Assembly: GCF_056746865.1 (NCBI RefSeq)
Contig: NZ_CM163382.1
Strand: one strand, 5' to 3'
Length of the DNA: 64,000 nucleotides
Shown piece by piece: positions 1-9,147 of this stretch. The notes below the pieces were generated by a model. That model ran no database searches, had not been told where the DNA came from, and was given only the letters and a program-made list of their open reading frames with translations. How positions within the stretch are numbered: the stretch's first letter is position 1; every line of letters starts with the position of its first letter. The translations under genes were made by a program, and so were the position numbers.

Positions 1-664
1 CAACGGTACGGAAGAAAACCGCTCACCGGAAGCGTTATCCAAACACAGCGAAAGCAAGCGCGATTACTCTTACGACCGCAGCGTCCAGCATATTCAGCAT
101 CCTGGTTTTGCGGTGAAACGCCTCAACGTGGCGGTGGTGCTCAATCAAAACGCCCCGGCGCTGAAAAACTGGAAGCCGGAGCAGACTGCGCAACTGACCG
201 CGTTGCTGAACAATGCCGCCGGGATCGACGTCCAGCGCGGTGACAATCTCACCTTATCGCTGCTTAACTTTGTCCCGCAGGCGGTGCCGGTCGAACCAAT
301 TATTCCGCTGTGGAAAGATGACAGCGTGCTGGCCTGGGTACGCCTGATTGGCTGCGGCCTGCTGGCGCTGTTGTTGCTGTTCTTTGTGGTGCGCCCGGTA
401 ATGAAACGCCTGACGGCGGTGCGTGCGCCGGTTATCACACCAGAACCGGAAGCTGTCAGCGAACCGTGGATTGCCATGCCGGAAGAGGAGCGCAAAAACG
501 TCGACCTGCCGTCGCTGCCCGGCGATGACAGCCTGCCGTCCCAGAGTTCCGGCCTCGAAGTAAAACTCGAGTTCCTGCAAAAACTGGCCATGAGCGACAC
601 CGATCGCGTAGCCGAAGTTCTCAGACAATGGATCACCAGCAATGAGCGAATTGACAACAAATAA
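1..664 (+). CDS. lfiF: Flagellar MS-ring protein FliF, C-terminal part (5' end lies outside the window)
   Basis: Frame is open from the window edge to the stop at 664. It has a C-terminal TM helix (LIGCGLLALLLLFFVV) and an acidic FliG-binding tail, and is followed by fliG/H/I/J homologs in canonical order. Confidence 0.85.
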   Translation, partial: NGTEENRSPEALSKHSESKRDYSYDRSVQHIQHPGFAVKRLNVAVVLNQNAPALKNWKPEQTAQLTALLNNAAGIDVQRGDNLTLSLLNFVPQAVPVEPIIPLWKDDSVLAWVRLIGCGLLALLLLFFVVRPVMKRLTAVRAPVITPEPEAVSEPWIAMPEEERKNVDLPSLPGDDSLPSQSSGLEVKLEFLQKLAMSDTDRVAEVLRQWITSNERIDNK

Positions 665-1652
665 GAGCAACAGCTACCTGGAACAGGCGGCGATCCTGCT
701 ACTGTGCCTTGGCGAAGAAGCGGCGGCGACGGTGATGCAAAAACTCAGCCGCGAAGAAGTGGTGCGCCTGAGCGAAAACATGGCGCGGCTTTCCGGTGTC
801 AAAACCAGCATGGCGCGTAAAGTAATCAACAACTTCTTTGATGAATTCCGCGAACAGAGCGGCATCAACGGCGCATCGCGATCCATGTTGCAGGGGATCC
901 TCAACAAAGCCCTCGGCACCGAGATCGCCAGCAGCGTGATCAACGGCATCTACGGCGATGAGATCCGCTCGCGGATGGCGCGACTGCAATGGGTGGAACC
1001 ACGCCAGCTGGCGATGCTGATCTCCGAAGAGCATCTGCAATTGCAGGCGGTATTCCTCGCGTTTCTGACGCCGGAAATCTCGGCGGCGGTGCTATCGTAT
1101 CTCAACGAATCGGTGCAAAACGAAATTCTCTACCGGGTGGCGAAACTCAACGACGTTAACCGCGACGTGGTGGATGAGCTGGATCGCCTGATCGAACGCG
1201 GCCTGTCGGTGCTCTCTGAACATGGCTCGAAGGTGAAAGGCATCAAACAGGCGGCGGATATCGTCAACCGCTTCCAGGGTAACCAGCAGGTGATCCTCGA
1301 CCAGATGCGCGAGCGCGACGAGGACGTGCTGGAGCAGCTCCAGGATGAGATGTACGACTTCTTTATCCTCAGCCGCCAGAACGAAGAGGTGCGTCGACGT
1401 CTGCTCGACGAAGTGCCGATGGAAGACTGGGCGGTGGCGCTGAAAGGCACCGAAGCCCTGTTGCGCCGCTCGATTTACGCGGTAATGCCAAAACGGCAGG
1501 CGCAGCAACTGGAAGCCATCACCGCGCGCCTGGGGCCGGTGCCGGTCAGCCGTATCGAACAGATCCGCCGCGAAATCATGGGCATTGCCCGTGAACTGGA
1601 AGAGGCGGGCGAAATTCAGCTACAGCTCTTTGCGGAACAGACGGCGGAGTAA
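642..1652 (+). CDS. lfiG: Flagellar rotor/switch protein FliG (lateral system)
   Basis: 336 aa, the typical FliG length. It overlaps the fliF 3' end and precedes the fliH-like gene. Confidence 0.9.
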   Translation: MSELTTNKSNSYLEQAAILLLCLGEEAAATVMQKLSREEVVRLSENMARLSGVKTSMARKVINNFFDEFREQSGINGASRSMLQGILNKALGTEIASSVINGIYGDEIRSRMARLQWVEPRQLAMLISEEHLQLQAVFLAFLTPEISAAVLSYLNESVQNEILYRVAKLNDVNRDVVDELDRLIERGLSVLSEHGSKVKGIKQAADIVNRFQGNQQVILDQMRERDEDVLEQLQDEMYDFFILSRQNEEVRRRLLDEVPMEDWAVALKGTEALLRRSIYAVMPKRQAQQLEAITARLGPVPVSRIEQIRREIMGIARELEEAGEIQLQLFAEQTAE

Positions 1653-1654
1653 CC

Positions 1655-2365
1655 ATGACCATTGAAACACTGCGCGGGCGCTATCGCCTGCATCGTTTCC
1701 CGCCGCGCCAGCGTGCGGTGACCGGAGAACCGCTCACCGCCAGCATCAGCGCCGCCGATTACCAGCGCCAGTTGATGGACGGTTTTCAGGAAGGGCTGCA
1801 AAAAGGCTTTGCTCAGGGAATGACCGAAGGCCAAGAGCAGGGCTTTAGCGAAGGTCATCAGCAAGGTTTTGCCGAGGGGCGACGCCAGGGTTACACCGAA
1901 GGCAGCCTCGCCGGGCAGCAGGAAGGGCGCAAACAGTTTGTTGAGGCGGCGCAGCCGCTGGAAGCTATAAGCGGAAAAGTGAACGACTTTCTCGCCCATA
2001 TCGAACGTAAACAGCGGGAAGATTTGCTGCAACTGGTGGAAAAAGTCACCCGCCAGGTGATCCGCTGCGAACTGGCGCTGCAACCGACGCAGTTGCTGGC
2101 GCTGGTGGAAGAGGCACTGGCGGCCTTCCCGGCGATGCCGGAGACCCTGCAAGTGATGCTGAGTACGGAAGAGTTTAACCGCCTGCGCGACGCGGTGCCG
2201 GAAAAGGTCAGCGAATGGGGGCTGACGCCTTCGCCGGATCTGCCGCCGGGCGAATGCCGGGTCATTACCGATAAATCTGAACTGGATATCGGCTGCGAGC
2301 ACCGCCTTGAACAGTGCATGACCGCGCTGAAAGAAACACTCACGCCGGAGTCGCAGGGTGAGTGA
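1655..2365 (+). CDS. lfiH: Flagellar export/assembly protein FliH
   Basis: 236 aa with repeated Q/E-G-F motifs (GFQEGLQKGFAQG...) as in FliH. The stop overlaps the fliI start. Confidence 0.85.
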   Translation: MTIETLRGRYRLHRFPPRQRAVTGEPLTASISAADYQRQLMDGFQEGLQKGFAQGMTEGQEQGFSEGHQQGFAEGRRQGYTEGSLAGQQEGRKQFVEAAQPLEAISGKVNDFLAHIERKQREDLLQLVEKVTRQVIRCELALQPTQLLALVEEALAAFPAMPETLQVMLSTEEFNRLRDAVPEKVSEWGLTPSPDLPPGECRVITDKSELDIGCEHRLEQCMTALKETLTPESQGE

Positions 2366-3695
2366 TTTTTCCGCTTTCGATAACGCCCTGCGCTCGCTGG
2401 AGTCGATCCCGCTGGCCCGCGTCGCCGGGCGGCTGGTGCGTCTGAACGGCATTCTGCTGGAGAGCGTCGGCTGCCCGCTAATGACCGGGCAACTGTGCCG
2501 CATCGAAAGCGCCAATCACACGCTGATCGACGCGCAGGCAGTGGGCTTTAATCGCGACATCACCTACTTAATGCCGTTTAAACAGCCGGTCGGCCTGATG
2601 GCAGGCGCACGCGTCTTCCCGGAAGAAAAAGCCCACGACATCCTGATTGGCGAAAGCTGGTTAGGCCGCGTGGTTAACGGTCTCGGCGAACCGCTGGATG
2701 GCAAAGGCCGCCTGAACGGTAACGACCTTCTGCCGCCGCTGCCACCCTCAGTCAATCCCTTAACCCGCCGTTCAGTGGACGAACCGCTAGACGTGGGCGT
2801 GAAAGCGATTAACGGCCTGCTGACCATCGGCAAAGGCCAGCGTGTCGGGCTGATGGCGGGCAGCGGCGTCGGGAAAAGCGTGCTGCTGGGGATGATCACC
2901 CGCCAGACCAAAGCCGACATTGTGGTGGTCGGGTTGATTGGCGAACGCGGGCGCGAAGTAAAAGAGTTTATCGACCACTCGCTGGGCGCGGACGGGCTGG
3001 CAAAGTCTATCGTCGTCGTCGCACCCGCCGATGAATCGCCGCTAATGCGACTGAAAGCCACCGAACTGTGCCACTCCATCGCCGCCTGGTTTCGCGACCG
3101 CGGGCATCACGTCTTACTGCTGGTGGATTCCCTGACCCGCTACGCGATGGCTCAGCGGGAAATTGCTCTCTCGCTCGGCGAACCACCCGCCACCAAAGGC
3201 TATCCGCCATCGGCATTCGGCATGATCCCCAAACTGGTCGAGAGCGCAGGCAACAGCGAAAGCGCGGGATCGATGACCGCTATCTACACCGTGCTGGCGG
3301 AAGGCGACGACCAGCAAGATCCGATTGTCGACTGCGCCCGTGCGGTGCTGGACGGGCATATCGTATTAACCCGCAAGCTGGCGGAAGCGGGGCATTATCC
3401 GGCCATTGATATCGGCCAGTCGATCAGCCGCTGCATGAACCAGGTGACCAGCCTGGATCATCAGCAATCTGCCCGCGCGTTAAAGCAAAACTACGCCGCC
3501 TATATGGAGATCAAACCGCTGATCCCACTCGGCGGCTACGTGGCAGGTGCCGACGCCAGCGTCGACAAAGCGGTGAAAATGTTCCCGGCTATCGAGCGAT
3601 TTTTGCGCCAGGATATGCGCGAACCCGCCGCCCTGGAACTGGTGCAAAGCCGCCTGCAAATCCTCTTTCCTGGTGTCAAAAAGGCAGAACAGTAA
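2358..3695 (+). CDS. lfiI: Flagellum-specific type III export ATPase FliI
   Basis: 445 aa with Walker A (GSGVGKS) and F1/T3SS ATPase-like motifs. Confidence 0.92.
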   Translation: MSDFSAFDNALRSLESIPLARVAGRLVRLNGILLESVGCPLMTGQLCRIESANHTLIDAQAVGFNRDITYLMPFKQPVGLMAGARVFPEEKAHDILIGESWLGRVVNGLGEPLDGKGRLNGNDLLPPLPPSVNPLTRRSVDEPLDVGVKAINGLLTIGKGQRVGLMAGSGVGKSVLLGMITRQTKADIVVVGLIGERGREVKEFIDHSLGADGLAKSIVVVAPADESPLMRLKATELCHSIAAWFRDRGHHVLLLVDSLTRYAMAQREIALSLGEPPATKGYPPSAFGMIPKLVESAGNSESAGSMTAIYTVLAEGDDQQDPIVDCARAVLDGHIVLTRKLAEAGHYPAIDIGQSISRCMNQVTSLDHQQSARALKQNYAAYMEIKPLIPLGGYVAGADASVDKAVKMFPAIERFLRQDMREPAALELVQSRLQILFPGVKKAEQ

Positions 3696-3697
3696 CT

Positions 3698-4132
3698 ATG
3701 CGACAAATCATCGACACCCTGGCGCAGTTGCAGCGCCTGCGGGATAAATCGGTCAAAGACAAAACCGTCGAGCTGGCAAAGCAAAAACAGATTTGTGCGG
3801 GCTATGACAACAATATCAAAGCATTAGGCTACCTGGTGGAGAAAACGTCTGCAGGCGCGGCGGCCTCGGTGGAATCGCTGAAAAACGTTAGCGGCTACAA
3901 AGGCACCCTGCGCAAGGTGATCGCCTGGCAGGAGCAGGAAAAAACGCTGGCCGACATCAAAGCCACGCGAATGCAGAAAAACCTGACGGCGGCGGCGTGC
4001 GAAGAGAAAGTGGTGGCCCTGACGCTGGACGACAAACGCCGCGAGCAGCAGGAAAGCGCCACCGCGAAAGCGCAGAAAGCGGTGGATGACATCGCCGTTC
4101 AGTGCTGGCTGCGGCATAAGTTAGCGGAGTAA
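3698..4132 (+). CDS. lfiJ: Flagellar export chaperone FliJ
   Basis: 144 aa, predicted coiled coil, lying immediately after fliI. Confidence 0.7.
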   Translation: MRQIIDTLAQLQRLRDKSVKDKTVELAKQKQICAGYDNNIKALGYLVEKTSAGAAASVESLKNVSGYKGTLRKVIAWQEQEKTLADIKATRMQKNLTAAACEEKVVALTLDDKRREQQESATAKAQKAVDDIAVQCWLRHKLAE

Positions 4133-4134
4133 CC

Positions 4135-4539
4135 ATGAAAACGGTCATCACCTTCGGCACCTTTGATGTGTTTCACGTCGGTCATCTGCGCCTTTTACAA
4201 CGCGCCCGCAAGCTGGGCGAGCGGCTGCTGGTCGGCGTATCGTCCGACGCCCTGAACATCGCCAAAAAGGGCAGGGCACCGGTTTACCATCAGGATGACC
4301 GCATGGCGATTATCGCCGGTCTGGCGTGCGTGGATGGCGTTTTTCTGGAGGAATCGCTGGAGCAGAAAGCGGAGTATTTGCGGGGGTACGGTGCGGATAT
4401 TTTGGTGATGGGCGATGACTGGGCGGGGAAGTTTGACGATTTCTCGTGTGTCTGTGAGGTGGTCTATTTTCCCCGTACGCCATCGGTATCGACGACGGGG
4501 ATCATTGAGGTGATTAGGGGTAAATCAGCCACCTACTGA
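4135..4539 (+). CDS. Glycerol-3-phosphate cytidylyltransferase-like protein (TagD family; predicted to make CDP-glycerol)
   Basis: 134 aa with an N-terminal GTFDVFHVGHLRLL motif, the HxGH signature of the cytidylyltransferase fold. It starts 3 nt after the lfiJ stop, so it is probably co-transcribed with the flagellar operon. Confidence 0.75.
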   Translation: MKTVITFGTFDVFHVGHLRLLQRARKLGERLLVGVSSDALNIAKKGRAPVYHQDDRMAIIAGLACVDGVFLEESLEQKAEYLRGYGADILVMGDDWAGKFDDFSCVCEVVYFPRTPSVSTTGIIEVIRGKSATY

Positions 4540-4594
4540 TTTAATTCCCGCGGTGAGAGAAGATGATGCCGTCTGCCGTTTGGCTATGTTAAAT

Positions 4595-4690
4595 ATGTTT
4601 AAAAAATCGCGTTTTTTCGACATATCCCCAAAACATGTCGATGGCATAAACGTATTCCAACGACATGTTTAAAAATCGCATTTTATCGAC
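4595..4690. repeat. Direct ~32-bp repeats and CGACAT/ATGTCG inverted repeats in a convergent intergenic region
   Basis: GTTTAAAAAATCGCGTTTTTTCGACATATCCC at about 4597 and GTTTAAAAATCGCATTTTATCGACATATCCC at about 4658, with AACATGTCG...CGACATGTT between them. Confidence 0.6.
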
Positions 4691-7154
4691 ATATCCCTGA
4701 CGATTCCTTGCCCGCCAGCGCCTCCACAATCACCATCGCCGCCCGTTCTCCCGCCTTGCCATCCATAAACGCATCGCAATAGTGATGACGAATCTCCTTA
4801 AGCCGCGCCAGCAACGCACCCCAGTCAAACGCCTCTGACAACAAATAACGCAGTTCCGCAACATCATGAGCCACCGGCAATATTTCGCGGATTTGCTGGT
4901 CGGCGCTTTCGGGCGTGGAGTAACTTTTCTCACCGTCGAGCAACGCTGCCATTTCCGGAAAGTCGAGCAGGATTACCCGCTTATCAACGTGGATAGCATC
5001 GAAAATAAAGCCGCTGTTATCGGTCAGCACGTAATCGGCCTTTGCCAGTAGCGCCAGCGTGTGGTGGACGGAGTCGGTGCGCTGTTTTAAGTGCCTGCGC
5101 GCCAGGGCCAGCGATGCAGCTTCTTCCGGGCGCGAGCAGGTGCCGTGGTGCAGTTTGCAAATCAGATTCACATTGCCACTTAAGCGCCCCAATTTTTCTG
5201 CCCAGTGGGGCAGGGAGCTTAATGCGCCAAACGTGGGGGCGTAGAGCACCGTAGGTTTACGGGAATCGGGTTGAATATTTTCTGGCAGAATGCGGTCAAA
5301 CGTGCCGTTATGCCAGGCGTCGAAGCGCGGGTTGCCGACTGCTTTTGCATTGCCGAAATGCGCCAGCGCCCGCTGGCTGTAGTGGCTGTAACACAAAATG
5401 CGTTGATAAAAACGGTTCCAGTCGGCGTGGTTCCACGTCTCTTTGGCTAAGCCATACATGGCGCGAACGTTCACCGCTGCCAGGCCATTGAGCGCGGGCG
5501 TGTGGTAGGGGCTGACCAGGCATTTCACCCGCTGACCGTGTGCCTGCATTTCAGATAAGCGCATTCCTTTGAGCTGCGGATCGTCGATGCTTTTTAGCGT
5601 CTCCAGCATTTCATCCAGAAACGGTTTAAACACGCGGTCGTTGATCACCAGCGTGCAGCCTTGCCCCTGCGCCTGTAGGGCGGTGATGATTGGGCGGTAG
5701 AGCGCGTAATGGAAAGAAGTTTCCATAAAAAAGCCGATGGTGTCGGCGATGGGTAACGCGGATGGCTTTGTGATAGCAGGTAACTTATTGAAATAGTGAG
5801 CAATATTATCAGTCATTTTTTTCTCGATATCGCTAAAGCCTGGTCGCTGATAACTAAGGCTCGGGTAACAGGCCAGCCATTTGTCGGCGCGTAGCAGCGG
5901 CTGCCAGCCGTCTTCCAGCGAATGCTCATCGTTGCTCATCTGCTGCGCCAGTTGCGGGTAGTAGCGGCGGTTCACCAGATAAGCGCATACCTTGCGGCAG
6001 TCCCGCGCGTGCACCAGCCCCGGCAAACTTTTTAGCATCGTTCCCTGCGAAATTTCGCCGCCGAGGATCATCACCTGCCAGGGAATTTTCGCCAGGCTCG
6101 CCAGCAGCGTGTTCAGCACCTGAATATGTTTCTCCTGCTTGAGAATAACCGCGTCATCTTCCAGCAGCAGATAGTTTTGCCAGCCGTGCTGTTGCGCCAG
6201 GCGCAGCGCCTGCAAGTGCGACTGACGTCGTCCCCGTTGGCCGTTTTGATCTTCACTGGCGGCAAGGCGGGTGATCTTCTCAGGTGGAATATGCAGCAAT
6301 GCCAGTTCTTCACGGATCTGTTGTAAGCGATCCGGGCGTTTATCCAGATTCACAACAACTACCTGATCGATCGTCTGATGGTTGATCCCTTGGTGATGAG
6401 TGGCGTTATGTAGACTCAGATAAGCATTGCGCAGCAGCGGATCGCTGACGATATCTGTAAGCGCCGCGTTTACAGGCGTGCTGGCCCCGAGAATAAAGTC
6501 TTTATCAAAGGTGTTGTGGCTGTGCGAGATACACAGAATCGTGCGCTCGCCGGGCAGTTGTAGCGGGTTAACGCTGAAATTGTCGGTGAAACTTTTCTCT
6601 TCGCCTAAATTGCAATCATCGTCGTAACGGTGCTTTTTCAGGTAGTTACGGTGATAGCAAAAGGTGCCGTTGAGGATGTTATGTGGGCCAAAGCTGCGGC
6701 TTTGAAAGATGCGATTGATGTGGCTGTACCAGATGGGGATCTGGTCGGAGCCGGAGATGAGCGCCCGGTGTTTTTGCATCTTGGCGATGGTCCAGGAGAT
6801 TTTATCTGCCGGGTAGTAGTCGTCATCGTCCATGCAGAGGATGTATTCGCCGCGCGCCAGTTCGTTGAGCATATTGCGTTTTTTGCCCAGCGGCAGTTTT
6901 TCCGGGTGATGAATATAGCGGATGTTAAAGGCTTCCGGCGTGCCATTGGTCAGGCGGTCGATGATGTGTTGATGGCTTTGCGGGGAATCGTCGAGGATGA
7001 TGAGTTCGCGGCGGTCTGCCGGGTAGTCCTGATAGCGGTACATATAAAGCAGGTACGGCAGGAATGCGCTGCGGTTCCAGGTTGGCGTGACGACGCTGAT
7101 GAACGGTTTTTCGCGCTGGGTGGCGAGTGTTTTGATAATGGTTGGTGTTGGCAT
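4683..7154 (-). CDS. Multidomain glycosyltransferase: N-terminal GT2-like, central GT25-like, C-terminal CDP-glycerol glycerophosphotransferase (TagB/TagF)-like
   Basis: The ORF track gives 4683..7226, but its first 24 codons translate the repeat element, so the ATG at 7154 (MPTPTIIK) is the probable start. GT2-like motifs: VVTPTWNRS and LCMDDDDYY (DxD). GT25-like segment: VVVNLDKRPDRL...LLEDDAVI. TagF-like C-terminus: ADYVLTDNSGFIFDAIHVDKRVILLD. Confidence 0.8.
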   Translation of the reverse strand: MPTPTIIKTLATQREKPFISVVTPTWNRSAFLPYLLYMYRYQDYPADRRELIILDDSPQSHQHIIDRLTNGTPEAFNIRYIHHPEKLPLGKKRNMLNELARGEYILCMDDDDYYPADKISWTIAKMQKHRALISGSDQIPIWYSHINRIFQSRSFGPHNILNGTFCYHRNYLKKHRYDDDCNLGEEKSFTDNFSVNPLQLPGERTILCISHSHNTFDKDFILGASTPVNAALTDIVSDPLLRNAYLSLHNATHHQGINHQTIDQVVVVNLDKRPDRLQQIREELALLHIPPEKITRLAASEDQNGQRGRRQSHLQALRLAQQHGWQNYLLLEDDAVILKQEKHIQVLNTLLASLAKIPWQVMILGGEISQGTMLKSLPGLVHARDCRKVCAYLVNRRYYPQLAQQMSNDEHSLEDGWQPLLRADKWLACYPSLSYQRPGFSDIEKKMTDNIAHYFNKLPAITKPSALPIADTIGFFMETSFHYALYRPIITALQAQGQGCTLVINDRVFKPFLDEMLETLKSIDDPQLKGMRLSEMQAHGQRVKCLVSPYHTPALNGLAAVNVRAMYGLAKETWNHADWNRFYQRILCYSHYSQRALAHFGNAKAVGNPRFDAWHNGTFDRILPENIQPDSRKPTVLYAPTFGALSSLPHWAEKLGRLSGNVNLICKLHHGTCSRPEEAASLALARRHLKQRTDSVHHTLALLAKADYVLTDNSGFIFDAIHVDKRVILLDFPEMAALLDGEKSYSTPESADQQIREILPVAHDVAELRYLLSEAFDWGALLARLKEIRHHYCDAFMDGKAGERAAMVIVEALAGKESSGICR

Positions 7155-7198
7155 GGTGTTTGGGTGAGTTAATGGGTGAATGTGATGAATGTGCGTGC

Positions 7199-7313
7199 TG
7201 ATGCCCTCACCCCGACCCTCTCCCACAGGGAGAGGGAGAAAACCAGCGCTGATTTTAACACCGTGCTCGATCGGTTCCCTCGCCCCTTTGGGGAGAGGGG
7301 TAGGGGGAGGGGA
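7199..7313. repeat. G/C-rich nested-palindrome repeat element, copy 1
   Basis: CCCTCACCCCGACCCTCTCCCACAGGGAGAGGG ... CCCCTTTGGGGAGAGGGGTAGGGGGAGGGG, with the same architecture and flanks (GTGCGnnCTGATG) as the copy at 14561..14685. Confidence 0.7.
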
Positions 7314-7332
7314 AAAGCGCGCACAGAGCGAC

Positions 7333-8301
7333 TCACGTCAGCAGCGAAAACGCTGAAAGCAGCGGCTCTGCCGCACATAACGACTGAATTTGCTGGCGAA
7401 TCGACGCAGCATTTTCACTCTCTCGCCAGCGTTCAAACACCGCAAAAAGGGCGAAAATATCCTCCTGTCGCAGCGGTGAACCATCCAGCGTCCATAAACT
7501 GATTAACGTGCGGATAAGATAAAAATCGCACACCAGCGGGCAATAATCTGCTCCGTCTGCCTGCCCAATCACCTCATGGTAAACGCGGTAAATCAGCCAG
7601 TTACGCATCATCCAGGGCGCGGTAGCAAAATGCTGTTGCCAGGTGGTTTGCCACTGTGCCTGAAGCTGATGTTGTAACAGGGCTTCGCTGTTGGCGTCAT
7701 GTAGCGCCAGCAAAGGCATCTGCAACGGCAGCGAAGTTTTGCGCGGGCTTTCCGGCAAAATCGACCAGTCAAACGCACAACTGCCGAGCAGCGTCATCAA
7801 CTGGCGCGCCAGTTGTGGCACGGGCGGCAACTGGGCGAACTGTGCCTGTAGCGTGCCTTTTTTCGCATGATCGGCCAGCGCCTGCGGCAGCGTCGTCAAA
7901 CGGGCAAGAATATCTCCGTCTCTGCCCGGCATTTTACTGGCGCGGGAGAGTAAAATCCCGATGGCATACAGGGAAAGCTCTGGGGTTAAATCGGGGAGCG
8001 TGAGGGTACTCAAAATCACCTGGTTTACTATCGCATCGCGCGCGGAAAGCTCTGCGGCATTTTCTTCCACAGGACGGTAGGTGAGCTGTAAATCAAAGGC
8101 CCTGGCATCGTTGAGTACCGCTTCGCAGCTGGCTGGCTCTGTCAGCATCAGGCTCTGGCGAATCTCGTTTTTCCACACCTTGCGGATGTACAAAGGCGAA
8201 TCGGGATATTGCGTCATAAAATTGCGCACGTATTCCGGTTCGTAACATTCAATAAAACTCATAGGTGGCTTCCAGTCTTTATTACTTTGCGGAATATGCA
8301 A
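7333..8301 (-). CDS. Hypothetical protein (322 aa) at the end of the lfgA-lfgM-lfgN gene string
   Basis: Long ORF co-oriented with lfgN and ending just upstream of the glycosyltransferase gene. I recognise no motif. Confidence 0.5.
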   Translation of the reverse strand: MHIPQSNKDWKPPMSFIECYEPEYVRNFMTQYPDSPLYIRKVWKNEIRQSLMLTEPASCEAVLNDARAFDLQLTYRPVEENAAELSARDAIVNQVILSTLTLPDLTPELSLYAIGILLSRASKMPGRDGDILARLTTLPQALADHAKKGTLQAQFAQLPPVPQLARQLMTLLGSCAFDWSILPESPRKTSLPLQMPLLALHDANSEALLQHQLQAQWQTTWQQHFATAPWMMRNWLIYRVYHEVIGQADGADYCPLVCDFYLIRTLISLWTLDGSPLRQEDIFALFAVFERWRESENAASIRQQIQSLCAAEPLLSAFSLLT

Positions 8302-8388
8302 TAAGCGTGCCGGGAATTTTTATAATCAAAAACAAAGGATTGTGAATCAGGCGGAAAATCCGTTTCCGCTATGGGGAAGGTGTTCGCG

Positions 8389-8817
8389 TTATTCCTGATA
8401 CAGAAAATCTGCTTCGTTGCCTAAAAACGACTGGATAAATTCATACTGGCGAATCAACAGATCACCGTTTTTGTCGTTGTAGGTTTTGCAGCGTTCCGCT
8501 TTTTGCTCAAGGCGTTGCCACAACTGTTGTGCTGCCGCTTTTTGTACCGCCGGAAGCCAGGCAAACACCTGCGCCAGACCGTCACGATTTACGCTAACAC
8601 CGAGCATTTTCAGCAGGCTATGCCGCTGATGGCTATGTCCATGCAACTGCTCATAGTGATGGGTTATCTCATCGTTTACCGCCAGCAACTCTTCGCTGGC
8701 GCGGCGAATCATGCAGATCCGCTGACGTTGGAGAAGTTCGCGCAGGGAATCATACAGCGCGTCGTCGTCACGAATTCCCTGCAACAACGCCTTCACCTGT
8801 TGTAACCGGATACTCAC
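8389..8817 (-). CDS. lfgN: Flagellar export chaperone FlgN-like
   Basis: 142 aa, helical, in the flgA-flgM-flgN position. Confidence 0.65.
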   Translation of the reverse strand: MSIRLQQVKALLQGIRDDDALYDSLRELLQRQRICMIRRASEELLAVNDEITHHYEQLHGHSHQRHSLLKMLGVSVNRDGLAQVFAWLPAVQKAAAQQLWQRLEQKAERCKTYNDKNGDLLIRQYEFIQSFLGNEADFLYQE

Positions 8818-8829
8818 TTCATCGGCCTC

Positions 8830-9108
8830 TTAGTTCTGGAAAAAACTCAGCATATCGCTGGCTAACTGTTCGGTGTCCACTTGCAGGCTGCCGGAGGCCA
8901 GCATCGCCTGCATTTGCGCCACTTTATCGCTGTCGATATCGCTCTCTTGCTGGTCGTTCAGTGTTTGCTGGGCAGACTGCAATCCCGCCTGGGTAATGTC
9001 GTCGGCGCTTAGCGTCGTGGCGGTGGTCGCCGTGCTTTTGCGCGACTGGCTGGAGCCTGCCGTTGTGGCTGTCGGGCGATTGCCTGGCATAGTCGGGGTG
9101 ATTTTCAT
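8830..9108 (-). CDS. lfgM: Anti-sigma-28 factor FlgM-like
   Basis: 92 aa with a Ser/Thr-rich disordered N-terminus and a conserved FlgM-like C-terminal helix, lying between flgA and flgN homologs. Confidence 0.7.
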   Translation of the reverse strand: MKITPTMPGNRPTATTAGSSQSRKSTATTATTLSADDITQAGLQSAQQTLNDQQESDIDSDKVAQMQAMLASGSLQVDTEQLASDMLSFFQN

Positions 9109-9147
9109 CGCAACCTCGTCTCGGTATTTAGGTGGGTTACTCCAGTA

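Noticed and set aside
145-670. Two long minus-strand ORFs (171 and 138 aa) inside the fliF 3' region
   Set aside because: They are antisense to a well-supported flagellar gene and are Arg/Ser-rich translations of GC-rich DNA with no start context.
1616-2515. 299-aa minus-strand ORF spanning fliG, fliH and fliI
   Set aside because: Antisense to three conserved genes; the composition is an artefact of high GC content.
6630-7172. 180-aa plus-strand ORF inside the glycosyltransferase gene
   Set aside because: Antisense to the long, domain-containing minus-strand gene.
7169-7502. ORFs on both strands across the G/C-rich repeat element (for example 7169..7378 and 7176..7502)
   Set aside because: They are translations of the palindromic repeat. 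The same peptide motif recurs at the second copy, as expected for a repeat rather than a gene.
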